DNA of 21,831 nucleotides. It comes from a candidate division WOR-3 bacterium (GTDB lineage: Bacteria; Hydrothermota; UBA3072; B12-G15). A program made the position numbers and the translations under genes. The notes beneath the pieces were generated by a model that made no database searches, was not told the DNA's origin, and saw nothing but the letters and a program-made list of their open reading frames with translations. Of the stretch, positions 1 to 8,255 are shown in pieces. The stretch's first letter is position 1, and every line of letters starts with the position of its first letter. Location of the stretch: assembly GCA_965649055.1 (NCBI GenBank), contig CBFGJG010000034.1:1-21831 (forward strand). Reading direction: 5' to 3'.

Positions 1-22
1 CCAACTTTACAAATTCATCATA

Positions 23-113
23 AGTCTACTTTTCAAGTTTAAATTACAAAAAATATCAAGTCTACTTTTCATCTTTAAATCAATAAAAAATAGTCTACTT
101 TTCAAGTTTATTT
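23..113. repeat. Three 22-bp direct repeats with invariant core AGTCTACTTTTCA
   Basis: agtctacttttcaagtttaaat (23-44), agtctacttttcatctttaaat (59-80), agtctacttttcaagtttattt (92-113); periods 36 and 33 bp; A-rich spacers. Confidence 0.9.
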
Positions 114-133
114 AACAAAGACTTTTTTATATC

Positions 134-162
134 TTGACAATAACATTATTTTGATATAAATT
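134..162 (+). promoter_or_regulatory. Sigma70-type promoter for the pilB pair
   Basis: TTGACA at 134-139; TAAATT at 157-162 (17-nt spacer) or TG-n-TATAAA at 152-160; ATG at 173 with no Shine-Dalgarno. Confidence 0.65.
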
Positions 163-172
163 TATATACAAT

Positions 173-1864
173 ATGAGACTCGGCAGGATGTTATTGAATG
201 ATAAAATAATCACGCAGCAACAATTGGATGCTGCGTTGAAAAGACAAAGGGAAGTAGGTGGAAGAATAGGAACGAACCTTGTTGAAATGGGTTTTATCAA
301 TGAAAAAACACTTTCAGAATATCTTTCAAAACATTTTGAAACCCCGTATGTAGTCTTAGGAGAACTTACAATTGATAAAACACTCCTTAATCTTATTCCG
401 CAGGAACTCGCATCAAAATATGAAGCAATACCTTTCAAGAGGGAAGGTAAAACTCTACATATTGCAATGGCTAATCCAAAAGATGTATTTGCAATAGATG
501 CATTGAGATTTAAAACAGGACTTGAAATAATCCCTTATGTAGCAACTGAAAAATCCATAAAAAAATTCCTTGAAGAACATTATAAATCAAAGGCTCTTGA
601 AGATGAAGTTATGGAAGAAATAGGAGTTGAAGATGAGATTGAAGTAGTGGAAGAGAAGGAAGAAGAAGAGGCAGTGAGTGAACTCGCTGCAATGGTTGAG
701 TCCGGTCCTGTTGTTCAGTATGTTAATCAATTGTTAAAAGCAGCAGTAAAGGAAAGGACAAGTGATATTCATATTGAACCATATGAAAAGGATGTAAGGG
801 TTAGGTTCAGGATAGATGGGGTTCTTCATGAAATGAAGTCACCACCACAAAAAATGTTTAAAGCAGTTGTTTCAAGGCTCAAGGTTATGGCAAAGTTAAA
901 GATACAGGAGAAAAGATTTCCACAGGATGGAAGATTTGAAGCGAAAATAGATGGTAAAAGAGTTGATTTCCGTATCTCGACAGTCCCAACACTCTTCGGG
1001 GAAAAGGTAGCTTTAAGAATACTTGACAGGTCACAGGTTTCTTTAAACCTAAGGGATTTAGGGTTTGAAGATGAGCCTTTGAAGAATCTTTTAAAAGCCT
1101 TGAAAAATCCATTTGGTATAATTCTTGTTACAGGACCAACAGGTAGTGGAAAAACAACTACACTTTATGCATCTTTAAATGAGATAAACGACCCTGAGAT
1201 AAATATTACCACGGCTGAAGACCCTGTTGAATTCAGTATAATGGGAATAAACCAGTTACAGGTTAACGAGTCAATAGGGCTCACTTTTGCTTCTGCACTC
1301 AGGGCTTATTTGAGACAGGACCCCGATGTTATAATGGTCGGAGAGATAAGAGATAAAGAAACAACTGAAATTGCAATAAGGGCTGCATTAACCGGTCACC
1401 TTGTGCTTTCCACAGTTCATACTAATTCTGCTGCTGCAACTATTACAAGGCTTGTTAATATGGGTGTAGAACCGTTCCTTATTGCATCAACACTCATCCT
1501 TGTTGTTTCACAGAGACTTTTAAGGAAAATATGTCCACATTGCAAAGCACCACTTAAAATAAGTGATGATGACCTTAAAAAATATGGATTTGAACCTGAA
1601 AGATTCAAAGGACATCAGCTATTCCACGGAATTGGATGCGATAAATGTAGGAAAACAGGGTATTCTGGAAGAATAGGTGTTTACGAGGTTTTACCTGTGA
1701 CCAAAAGAATAAGGGATTTAATACTTGACCGGGCAACGGATATGGAGATAGAAAAGGCTGCGGTTGAAGAAGGAATGTTGACATTAAGGGAAGCAGGGAT
1801 CTTAAAGGTTTTGAGAGGTGAAACTGATATATTTGATGTTGCAAAAGAAACAACATTGAGGTGA
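173..1864 (+). CDS. pilB: Type IV pilus/T2SS assembly ATPase (PilB/GspE family) with N-terminal MshEN domain, paralog 1
   Basis: RLGRMLL...LKRQ and RIGTNLVEMGFI MshEN-like repeats; SDIHIEP; RFRIDG; PQDGR; Walker A GPTGSGKTTT; EDPVE; LRQDPDVIMVGEIRD; TGHLVLSTVH; Zn motif CPHC...CDKC. Confidence 0.93.
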   Translation: MRLGRMLLNDKIITQQQLDAALKRQREVGGRIGTNLVEMGFINEKTLSEYLSKHFETPYVVLGELTIDKTLLNLIPQELASKYEAIPFKREGKTLHIAMANPKDVFAIDALRFKTGLEIIPYVATEKSIKKFLEEHYKSKALEDEVMEEIGVEDEIEVVEEKEEEEAVSELAAMVESGPVVQYVNQLLKAAVKERTSDIHIEPYEKDVRVRFRIDGVLHEMKSPPQKMFKAVVSRLKVMAKLKIQEKRFPQDGRFEAKIDGKRVDFRISTVPTLFGEKVALRILDRSQVSLNLRDLGFEDEPLKNLLKALKNPFGIILVTGPTGSGKTTTLYASLNEINDPEINITTAEDPVEFSIMGINQLQVNESIGLTFASALRAYLRQDPDVIMVGEIRDKETTEIAIRAALTGHLVLSTVHTNSAAATITRLVNMGVEPFLIASTLILVVSQRLLRKICPHCKAPLKISDDDLKKYGFEPERFKGHQLFHGIGCDKCRKTGYSGRIGVYEVLPVTKRIRDLILDRATDMEIEKAAVEEGMLTLREAGILKVLRGETDIFDVAKETTLR

Positions 1865-3585
1865 TTATGCAACTTGGAAGAATGCTTGTTAATGCAGGTG
1901 TAATAACTGAATATCAGTTGCAAAAAGCACTTGATGAACAGAAAAGAACATCTGATAAACTTGGTTCAGTACTGATAAAATTAGGATATGTAAAGGAAGA
2001 ACAGCTTTTGAAATTTCTTTCTTTACAATTCAAAGTTCCAGCTGTATCGATTGAACCACAGGATGTTGACCCTGCTATAGTTTCTTTAATTCCTCCTGAC
2101 CTTGCACATAGATACGAAGTTTTCCCTATAAGAAGAAAGGGAAGAACACTTATCCTTGCAATGGTTAATCCATCTGATTTTTCAGCAATTGATGCAATAA
2201 AGTTTAAGACAAATCTTGAAGTTGAGCCTGTTATTATTTCCTATTCTAAGATGAAACTTTTGCTTGATAGATTTTATAAGGTTACAAGGGAAGTAGCAAA
2301 GATTGAGGAAGAAAGAACAGAAGAGTCATTTGAGATTGACGCGTTTGATTCAGAAGAAGGAAGTGTAGAAGTTTCTGAAGAGGAAGAAGAATTTGATTAC
2401 TCGCAGGCGTCTTCTCAACCAATAATTAAACTTGTAAATTACCTGATAACAAATGCGGTTCGAAAAAGGGCTTCAGATATACATATTGAACCATTTGAGA
2501 AGGTTTTAAGGGTAAGATACAGAATTGACGGAGTTTTACAGACCGTTCTTGAACCAAAATACAGTCTTAAAAATGCCATTGTTTCAAGGATAAAAATAAT
2601 GACAGGAACTATGAATGTTGCAGAAAGAAGAATTCCACAGGATGGTAGAATAAAAATAAAAGTGGATGGTAATCCAATAGACCTCAGGGTTAGCATAATC
2701 CCAACTGTTTATGGTGAGAAAGTTGTGATGAGGATTCTCGATAAGAGTGCATTGATGCTTGATATGACAATGCTTGGATTTGAACCGGATAATCTTGATA
2801 AATTTAATGCGGCAATTGAAAAACCCTATGGTCTCGTTCTTGTCACAGGTCCTACCGGTAGTGGAAAATCTACAACACTTTATTCTGCACTTGCTAAACT
2901 TAATAAACCTGAAATACAGATCTTGACTGTTGAAGACCCTGTTGAATATAACATTATGGGGATAAATCAGGTTCAGGTTAACGAAGATATTGGATTTAAT
3001 TTCTCAATGGCGTTAAGGGCATTCTTAAGACAATCTCCAAATGTAATACTTGTCGGTGAGATAAGGGATACAGAAACTGCTTCTATTGCTATAAGGGCAG
3101 CATTAACAGGGCATCTTGTTCTTTCAACTATACACACAAATGACGCACCAAGCACTGTTAATAGGTTAATCGATATGGGTATAGAACCATTCCTTGTATC
3201 CGCATCTTTAAATTTGATACAGGCACAGAGGCTTATGAGAAAAGTGTGTCAGAAATGCAAAGAGCCTATTGAGCCTGATGAGAAATTGTTGAAGGAAGCT
3301 GAGATAGATATAAATTTTTTAAAAGGTTCACAGATATACGGTGCAAATCCAAAAGGCTGTCAGGCCTGTAATTTTACAGGATATAAAGGCAGGATCGCAG
3401 TAACAGAGGTTATGCCAATTTCAAGCACATTAAGGGATATGATATTGAATAAAGCAACATCAGATGATTTAAGGGAACAGGCAAGAAAAGAGGGTTTAAG
3501 GACATTAAGAGAAGATGCATTGATAAAATTAAAAAGAGGTTTAACTACAATAGAAGAAGTTATAAGGGTTACAGCTGCTATTTAA
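1861..3585 (+). CDS. pilB: Type IV pilus/T2SS assembly ATPase (PilB/GspE family) with N-terminal MshEN domain, paralog 2
   Basis: Same architecture: QLGRMLVNAGVI/KLGSVLIKLGYV, ASDIHIEP, GPTGSGKSTT, EDPVE, LRQSPNVILVGEIRD, TGHLVLSTIH, CQKC...CQAC. Start is GTG 1861 (GTGA overlap) or ATG 1867. Confidence 0.93.
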   Translation: MIMQLGRMLVNAGVITEYQLQKALDEQKRTSDKLGSVLIKLGYVKEEQLLKFLSLQFKVPAVSIEPQDVDPAIVSLIPPDLAHRYEVFPIRRKGRTLILAMVNPSDFSAIDAIKFKTNLEVEPVIISYSKMKLLLDRFYKVTREVAKIEEERTEESFEIDAFDSEEGSVEVSEEEEEFDYSQASSQPIIKLVNYLITNAVRKRASDIHIEPFEKVLRVRYRIDGVLQTVLEPKYSLKNAIVSRIKIMTGTMNVAERRIPQDGRIKIKVDGNPIDLRVSIIPTVYGEKVVMRILDKSALMLDMTMLGFEPDNLDKFNAAIEKPYGLVLVTGPTGSGKSTTLYSALAKLNKPEIQILTVEDPVEYNIMGINQVQVNEDIGFNFSMALRAFLRQSPNVILVGEIRDTETASIAIRAALTGHLVLSTIHTNDAPSTVNRLIDMGIEPFLVSASLNLIQAQRLMRKVCQKCKEPIEPDEKLLKEAEIDINFLKGSQIYGANPKGCQACNFTGYKGRIAVTEVMPISSTLRDMILNKATSDDLREQARKEGLRTLREDALIKLKRGLTTIEEVIRVTAAI

Positions 3586-4937
3586 ATCTTATCAATATCA
3601 ATACCAAGTTTCTGAAATTTTAAATACAGGTTTTGCCTTGTTATTCCTGCAATTTCCGCTGCTTTTGATACATTACCACCTGTAATTTTCAATAATCTTA
3701 AAAAATAATCTTTCTCAAACTTGTTTTTTGCTTCTTCATAGTTTGTTATGAAATCTTCGGAGATTGTTTCCTTGAATGTTTTTTCAATAAATATTTCCCT
3801 GTCTATTATTTCACCTTTTGAGAGTATAACAGCCCTTTCAATGGTATTTTCAAGTTCCCTGACATTTCCAGGCCATTCATACTCATTAAAAATCTTCATA
3901 GCTTCTTCAGAAAATCCTTTTATATTCTTATTATATTTTTCAGAATATTTTTTTATAAAGTGTTCTATTAATAATGGAATATCTTCACGCCTTTCCCTTA
4001 ACGGTGGTATTTTGACCTTTACAACATTTAACCTGAAATACAGATCTTCCCTGAATTTTTTTTCTTTGATCTCTTCTTCAAGAATCTTATTCGTTGCCGA
4101 TAAAATTCTTACATCAACCTTTACCTGTTCTGTTGAACCAAGTGGATAGAAATAACCTTCTTCAAGAACCCTTAATAATTTACTCTGGAATGAGGGAGTA
4201 GTTTCACCGATTTCGTCAAGAAATAATGTTCCGCCATTTGCTGCTTCAAATAGACCCCTTTTAGATGTTAATGCACCGGTAAATGCACCTTTTTTATATC
4301 CGAATAATTCAGATTCAAGGAGTGTTTCTGGTAATGCGCTACAATTAATAGGTATAAAATTTTTGTCCTTTCTTGGAGAATTATAATGAATTGCCTTTGC
4401 AAATAATTCTTTACCTGTTCCTGATTCCCCTTCTATCAGAACAGATACATCTGTCTGGGAAATCAGCTCAACAATTTGGAATAATTCTTGCATCTTTTTG
4501 CTTTTCCCGATTATTCCTGAGAAACTGAATTTTTCTTCAACACTCTTCCTTAAATAATTGAATTCCTTCTTTATATCAGAAGTTTCTATTGCCCTTTGAA
4601 TTATCCCTTTTATCTCTTCTATCTGGAAAGGTTTCTTTATAAAATAAAATGCCCCCATTTTAATTGCCTTAACAGCCATATCAATATCACCGTAACCTGT
4701 TATAATTATAACTGGGATTTCAGGATTTTTATTCCTTGTCTTCTCAAGGAGTTCAAGACCATCTATATCAGGTAAATTAACATCAAGAAGAAAACAATCA
4801 AAAAAATCTTCGCTGGATTTCCTGATAAATTCCTTTCCTGTTTCTGACTTCTCAATAATATAATCTTTCTTTAAACCCCTTTCAATCATATTTAAAATCT
4901 GGATGTCATCATCGCAGATTAGTATCTTTTTTCTCAT
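3582..4937 (-). CDS. Sigma54-dependent response regulator (NtrC/AtoC/PilR family): receiver, AAA+, Fis-type HTH
   Basis: Receiver ILICDDD...LLDVNLPD...ITGYG...KKPF; GESGTGKE; ESELFG; GAFTGA; LFLDEIG; WPGNVREL; GNVSKAAEIAGITRQNLY. ATG 4937 preferred over TTG 4952 of the ORF track. Confidence 0.95.
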   Translation of the reverse strand: MRKKILICDDDIQILNMIERGLKKDYIIEKSETGKEFIRKSSEDFFDCFLLDVNLPDIDGLELLEKTRNKNPEIPVIIITGYGDIDMAVKAIKMGAFYFIKKPFQIEEIKGIIQRAIETSDIKKEFNYLRKSVEEKFSFSGIIGKSKKMQELFQIVELISQTDVSVLIEGESGTGKELFAKAIHYNSPRKDKNFIPINCSALPETLLESELFGYKKGAFTGALTSKRGLFEAANGGTLFLDEIGETTPSFQSKLLRVLEEGYFYPLGSTEQVKVDVRILSATNKILEEEIKEKKFREDLYFRLNVVKVKIPPLRERREDIPLLIEHFIKKYSEKYNKNIKGFSEEAMKIFNEYEWPGNVRELENTIERAVILSKGEIIDREIFIEKTFKETISEDFITNYEEAKNKFEKDYFLRLLKITGGNVSKAAEIAGITRQNLYLKFQKLGIDIDKI

Positions 4938-5928
4938 AAAAAATTTTTTCAATCACTTTTAAAATTACAGGAAGCATTTCTGGATCAAATTGTCTTCCCG
5001 AACAATCCTTTAATTCCTGCATAATTTTCTTTACTGACAATTTATATCTGTAAGGCCTTCTTGATGACATAGCATCAATTGCGTCAGCATATAGAATAAT
5101 CCTTGAAAAAAATGGTATTTCATTACCTTTTAACCTATCTGGATAACCTGAACCATTCCAGTGTTCATGATGGTGAAGAATACCATATATTATATCTTTA
5201 TTCTCAATAAATGTCTCTGTTATCTCTTTACCGATAACCGGATGTTTTTTAATTACAGAAAATTCATTTTTTGTTAAAACACCATTTTTCAAAAGTATCC
5301 TGTCAGGAATTCCGATTTTGCCAATGTCATGTAATAATGCAGCAACAGAAATATTAGAAATATCTTCATCTTTAAGATTTAACATCTTTCCAATTTCAAC
5401 AGAGATATTTCGAACCTTTAATGAATGTTCTTTGTGATAGGAATCCTTTGCCTCAAGTGTCTTAACGAGTGCAAAAATTGAATCAACGAAAAGTTTCTTT
5501 AACTTTTCAGTTGTCTCTTTAACTTTTTCTTCAAGAAGTATCTGATACTCTTTCTTTAATTTAATGTAAAGTATCCTGTCTTGAACCCTTCTTAAAAGGA
5601 TTTCAATATCTTCAAGGTTAACAGGTTTTATTACATAATCAAATGCACCAAGTCTCATAGCATTCCTTATATAATCAATATCATTTATACCGGTTACCAT
5701 AACTATTACAGATTCTTCATTGATAATTTTAAATTTTGAAATAAGGCTTATACCATCTATATCAGGAAGATTAATATCGAGGAAAACAAGGTCAAAATTT
5801 TCCCTTTTGAAAATCTCAAGTGCTTCATTACCACAAGACACCTTTTCACAGGAATGACCTAAACTAACCAATGCTTTTGAAAGAAAACTCAATATGAACT
5901 CATCATCATCAACTACAAGAATCCTCAT
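4909..5928 (-). CDS. Response regulator with HD-GYP cyclic-dinucleotide phosphodiesterase domain (RpfG-like)
   Basis: Receiver ILVVDDD...FLDINLPD...KP; EAKDSYHKEHS, LHDIGKIGIPD, HPVIG, HHHEHWNGSGYP, ADAIDAMSSRRPY. Confidence 0.95.
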   Translation of the reverse strand: MRILVVDDDEFILSFLSKALVSLGHSCEKVSCGNEALEIFKRENFDLVFLDINLPDIDGISLISKFKIINEESVIVMVTGINDIDYIRNAMRLGAFDYVIKPVNLEDIEILLRRVQDRILYIKLKKEYQILLEEKVKETTEKLKKLFVDSIFALVKTLEAKDSYHKEHSLKVRNISVEIGKMLNLKDEDISNISVAALLHDIGKIGIPDRILLKNGVLTKNEFSVIKKHPVIGKEITETFIENKDIIYGILHHHEHWNGSGYPDRLKGNEIPFFSRIILYADAIDAMSSRRPYRYKLSVKKIMQELKDCSGRQFDPEMLPVILKVIEKIFYEKKDTNLR

Positions 5929-5934
5929 AACCTA

Positions 5935-5963
5935 TTAATACAACTAAAATAAAAGCGTGTCAA
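5935..5963 (-). promoter_or_regulatory. Sigma70-type promoter for the HD-GYP/sigma54-activator operon, probably leaderless
   Basis: Minus strand TTGACA (5963-5958), 17 nt, TATTAA (5940-5935), then 6 nt to ATG 5928. Confidence 0.6.
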
Positions 5964-6006
5964 TATTTTTTTACGATGAAAAGAAATTTTTACAGAGAAT
6001 ATTACA

Positions 6007-6019
6007 TAACATATTGATT
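6007..6019 (-). promoter_or_regulatory. IHF-binding consensus site
   Basis: Minus strand AATCAATATGTTA matches WATCAANNNNTTR exactly; chance match is possible in AT-rich DNA. Confidence 0.45.
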
Positions 6020-6071
6020 ATCAATATAAAATTTTGGGAACATTTATTTTATCAAATATTTTTGAAGGGAG

Positions 6072-6392
6072 GTGATAGGTATGTTGGTTATGTTAATGTT
6101 GTTGGGTATTGAAAAAAGTGTTGCTATCGGAACAGCAAGATTGATATTCATATTACCTGAAAAAAGGGAAGATGTTAAATTAAATAAGGAAATAGTTGAT
6201 TCCATAAATTATGATTCATTGTTTGTTGATGAAGATTCAAGGGATGAAAATTTAGAAGGCTATCTTTTAAGGGTTTATTCAAATGAGGGATTTATAGAAT
6301 TAAAGGTAGAAGAAAATAATAAGGAGGAGATATGGAAAATTATAAAGGATATGGAAAAAGAAGACCGGGACAAACAGTTTTCAGGGAAATAG
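6072..6392 (+). CDS. Small hypothetical protein with short hydrophobic N-terminus, probably exported
   Basis: 106-aa ORF (start GTG 6072 or ATG 6081) after a GGGAGG(TG) SD; coding-like composition; no family recognised. Confidence 0.7.
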   Translation: MIGMLVMLMLLGIEKSVAIGTARLIFILPEKREDVKLNKEIVDSINYDSLFVDEDSRDENLEGYLLRVYSNEGFIELKVEENNKEEIWKIIKDMEKEDRDKQFSGK

Positions 6393-7921
6393 ATTTTTTT
6401 CTGCTTTTCAGGTGGATACTCATAATGGTTCTTGTTCTTATTTCATGTTTCAAGTCAATCGATAGATATAATTTTCTATTAATAGTTTCAATATTTCTTG
6501 CATATTTGATACCAAATATAATATTACGAATATTTTTTACGAAATTTATCGAAAAGCCAGTATTTCTTTTTTTGATTTATTTGTTCGATTTAGGATTTGT
6601 TTCAACTATCCTGACGATTATAGGAGAAATGGACCAGAATTTTTACCTTTTTTATCTTATAACCATTCTTCTTATATCTATTACAGGTGGTGTAAAAACA
6701 TCTATTCCGGTTTCCATATCAAGTATGTTTATATTTGTATATTTAACAGGAATAAATGAAACAGATATCTTTAGAAGATTCTTTGATACTACTTATTCAT
6801 TAAAGATTGTATTCATATTTCTTACTGGTATTGTGAGTGGATTATGGAAAGAGATAATGGAATATAAGATAAAGAAAAAGGAAGAAGAGACAGAGGATAA
6901 AATCTCTAATCTTACCAGCTTTTATAAAAAAATAGTATCTTCAATTGACGAAGGAATTGTAGTGATTGACAAAAATGGAGAAAAGATACTGGAGAACGAG
7001 AATTATAAAAATCTTATAGAAAATGAATATGACATTCCATTAATAAAAAATCTAAAATTTATGACCGAAAATGACAGGATATTATCAACAACATTTATGA
7101 CAAAAGATAGAAAGTTTATTCTTGTAAAAGGGTATCCTTTAAAGAATGGAGACGAAAAGTTTGATGGAGCAGTTGGTATTGTGAGTGATATAACAAGGGA
7201 AAAAGAGAATATCGATTTTTTAAACAGAACAAAAAATCTTGCAAATATAGGTAAAATGGCGCTTTATATAGCACATGAAATAAGAAATCCTTTGAATGTT
7301 ATAAAAGGAATGACACAGTTAATAGAACTAAAAACAGAACAGAGTGATTATACCGGTCTTATACTTGATAATGTTAATAGGATAGACAATATAATTGAGG
7401 ATTTACTCTGTTTTTCAAAAAAGAAGAATCAAATAAAAGAGGAATTTAATCTCCTGTCATTTGTAAAAGAAGTAATTATAAATATCAAAGAGGACAAAAG
7501 ATACGAGGATGCAAAGATAAGGGTAGGTATAGACGAAAAAATAAATTTAATTGCCGATAAGGAAAATCTAAGAAGAATACTTATAAATCTTATTATAAAT
7601 GGTATTGAAGCATCCGATGAAAATCCTGTAATAGATGTTTTCGTTACAAAAGAAGAGGATTTAATCCATATAAATGTTAAGGATAATGGACCGGGAATAC
7701 CTGATGATGTGAAGGATAGAATATTTGAACCATTTTTTACCACAAAGAAGAAAGGAACAGGTTTAGGACTCTGTATAGTTGATAAACTTGTTCAGGAAGA
7801 AGGTGGAAAAATAAAATTTTACACAAAACTTGGCGAGGGCACAATATTCAGGGTGTCTTTGCCATATTCAAATAATAAAAAAGAGGAGGTAAATTATGAA
7901 AGGTCTTATAGTAGAGGATGA
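6332..7921 (+). CDS. Multi-TM sensor histidine kinase (PilS/AtoS-like) with PAS-like linker
   Basis: About 5-6 hydrophobic segments; IVSSIDEGIVVIDKNG...SDIT PAS-like; H-box IAHEIRNPL; NLIINGIEA; DNGPGIP; FEPFFTTK; GTGLGL; SD AAGGAGG upstream. Confidence 0.93.
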   Translation: MENYKGYGKRRPGQTVFREIDFFLLFRWILIMVLVLISCFKSIDRYNFLLIVSIFLAYLIPNIILRIFFTKFIEKPVFLFLIYLFDLGFVSTILTIIGEMDQNFYLFYLITILLISITGGVKTSIPVSISSMFIFVYLTGINETDIFRRFFDTTYSLKIVFIFLTGIVSGLWKEIMEYKIKKKEEETEDKISNLTSFYKKIVSSIDEGIVVIDKNGEKILENENYKNLIENEYDIPLIKNLKFMTENDRILSTTFMTKDRKFILVKGYPLKNGDEKFDGAVGIVSDITREKENIDFLNRTKNLANIGKMALYIAHEIRNPLNVIKGMTQLIELKTEQSDYTGLILDNVNRIDNIIEDLLCFSKKKNQIKEEFNLLSFVKEVIINIKEDKRYEDAKIRVGIDEKINLIADKENLRRILINLIINGIEASDENPVIDVFVTKEEDLIHINVKDNGPGIPDDVKDRIFEPFFTTKKKGTGLGLCIVDKLVQEEGGKIKFYTKLGEGTIFRVSLPYSNNKKEEVNYERSYSRG

Positions 7922-8255
7922 AGTAAATATAAGGTATCTTTTCAGGGAATTTCTGAAGATAAAAGGTGTTGAGATGGACGAAGCAGAAGATGGTAATGAG
8001 GGTTTAAAAAAAATCTGTCAGAACACATATAGTTTTATAATCCTTGATATAAAGATGAGCGGAAAGCACGGGATAGAATTACTTGGTGAGATAAGAAAGA
8101 GGGGTTATAAAACACCTGTTATTATTTGCAGTGCATACAGACACCTGAAGGATGATGTTTTGCTTGTGTCTAATGAGAATGTATATTTTCTTCCGAAGCC
8201 CGTTGATTTAAATGAATTATGGAATATAGTTCAGAAAAATATTAATTTAAATTAG
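7896..8255 (+). CDS. Single-domain response regulator (receiver only)
   Basis: LIVEDE, IILDIKM, ICSAY, PKPVD; SD GAGGAGG; overlaps the kinase stop. Confidence 0.92.
   Translation: MKGLIVEDEVNIRYLFREFLKIKGVEMDEAEDGNEGLKKICQNTYSFIILDIKMSGKHGIELLGEIRKRGYKTPVIICSAYRHLKDDVLLVSNENVYFLPKPVDLNELWNIVQKNINLN

Noticed and set aside
23..113. CRISPR array
   Set aside because: Spacers are only 11-14 nt and similar to each other, the repeats are not palindromic, and no cas genes are visible
127..3155. Minus-strand ORFs within the pilB genes (127-438, 885-1112, 1417-1608, 1605-1856, 1681-1923, 2439-2696, 2973-3155)
   Set aside because: Antisense shadows of well-supported genes, with no motifs
4938..4952. 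TTG start at 4952 for the sigma54 activator
   Set aside because: ATG 4937 gives a typical receiver N-terminus (MRKKILICDDD) and a shorter overlap
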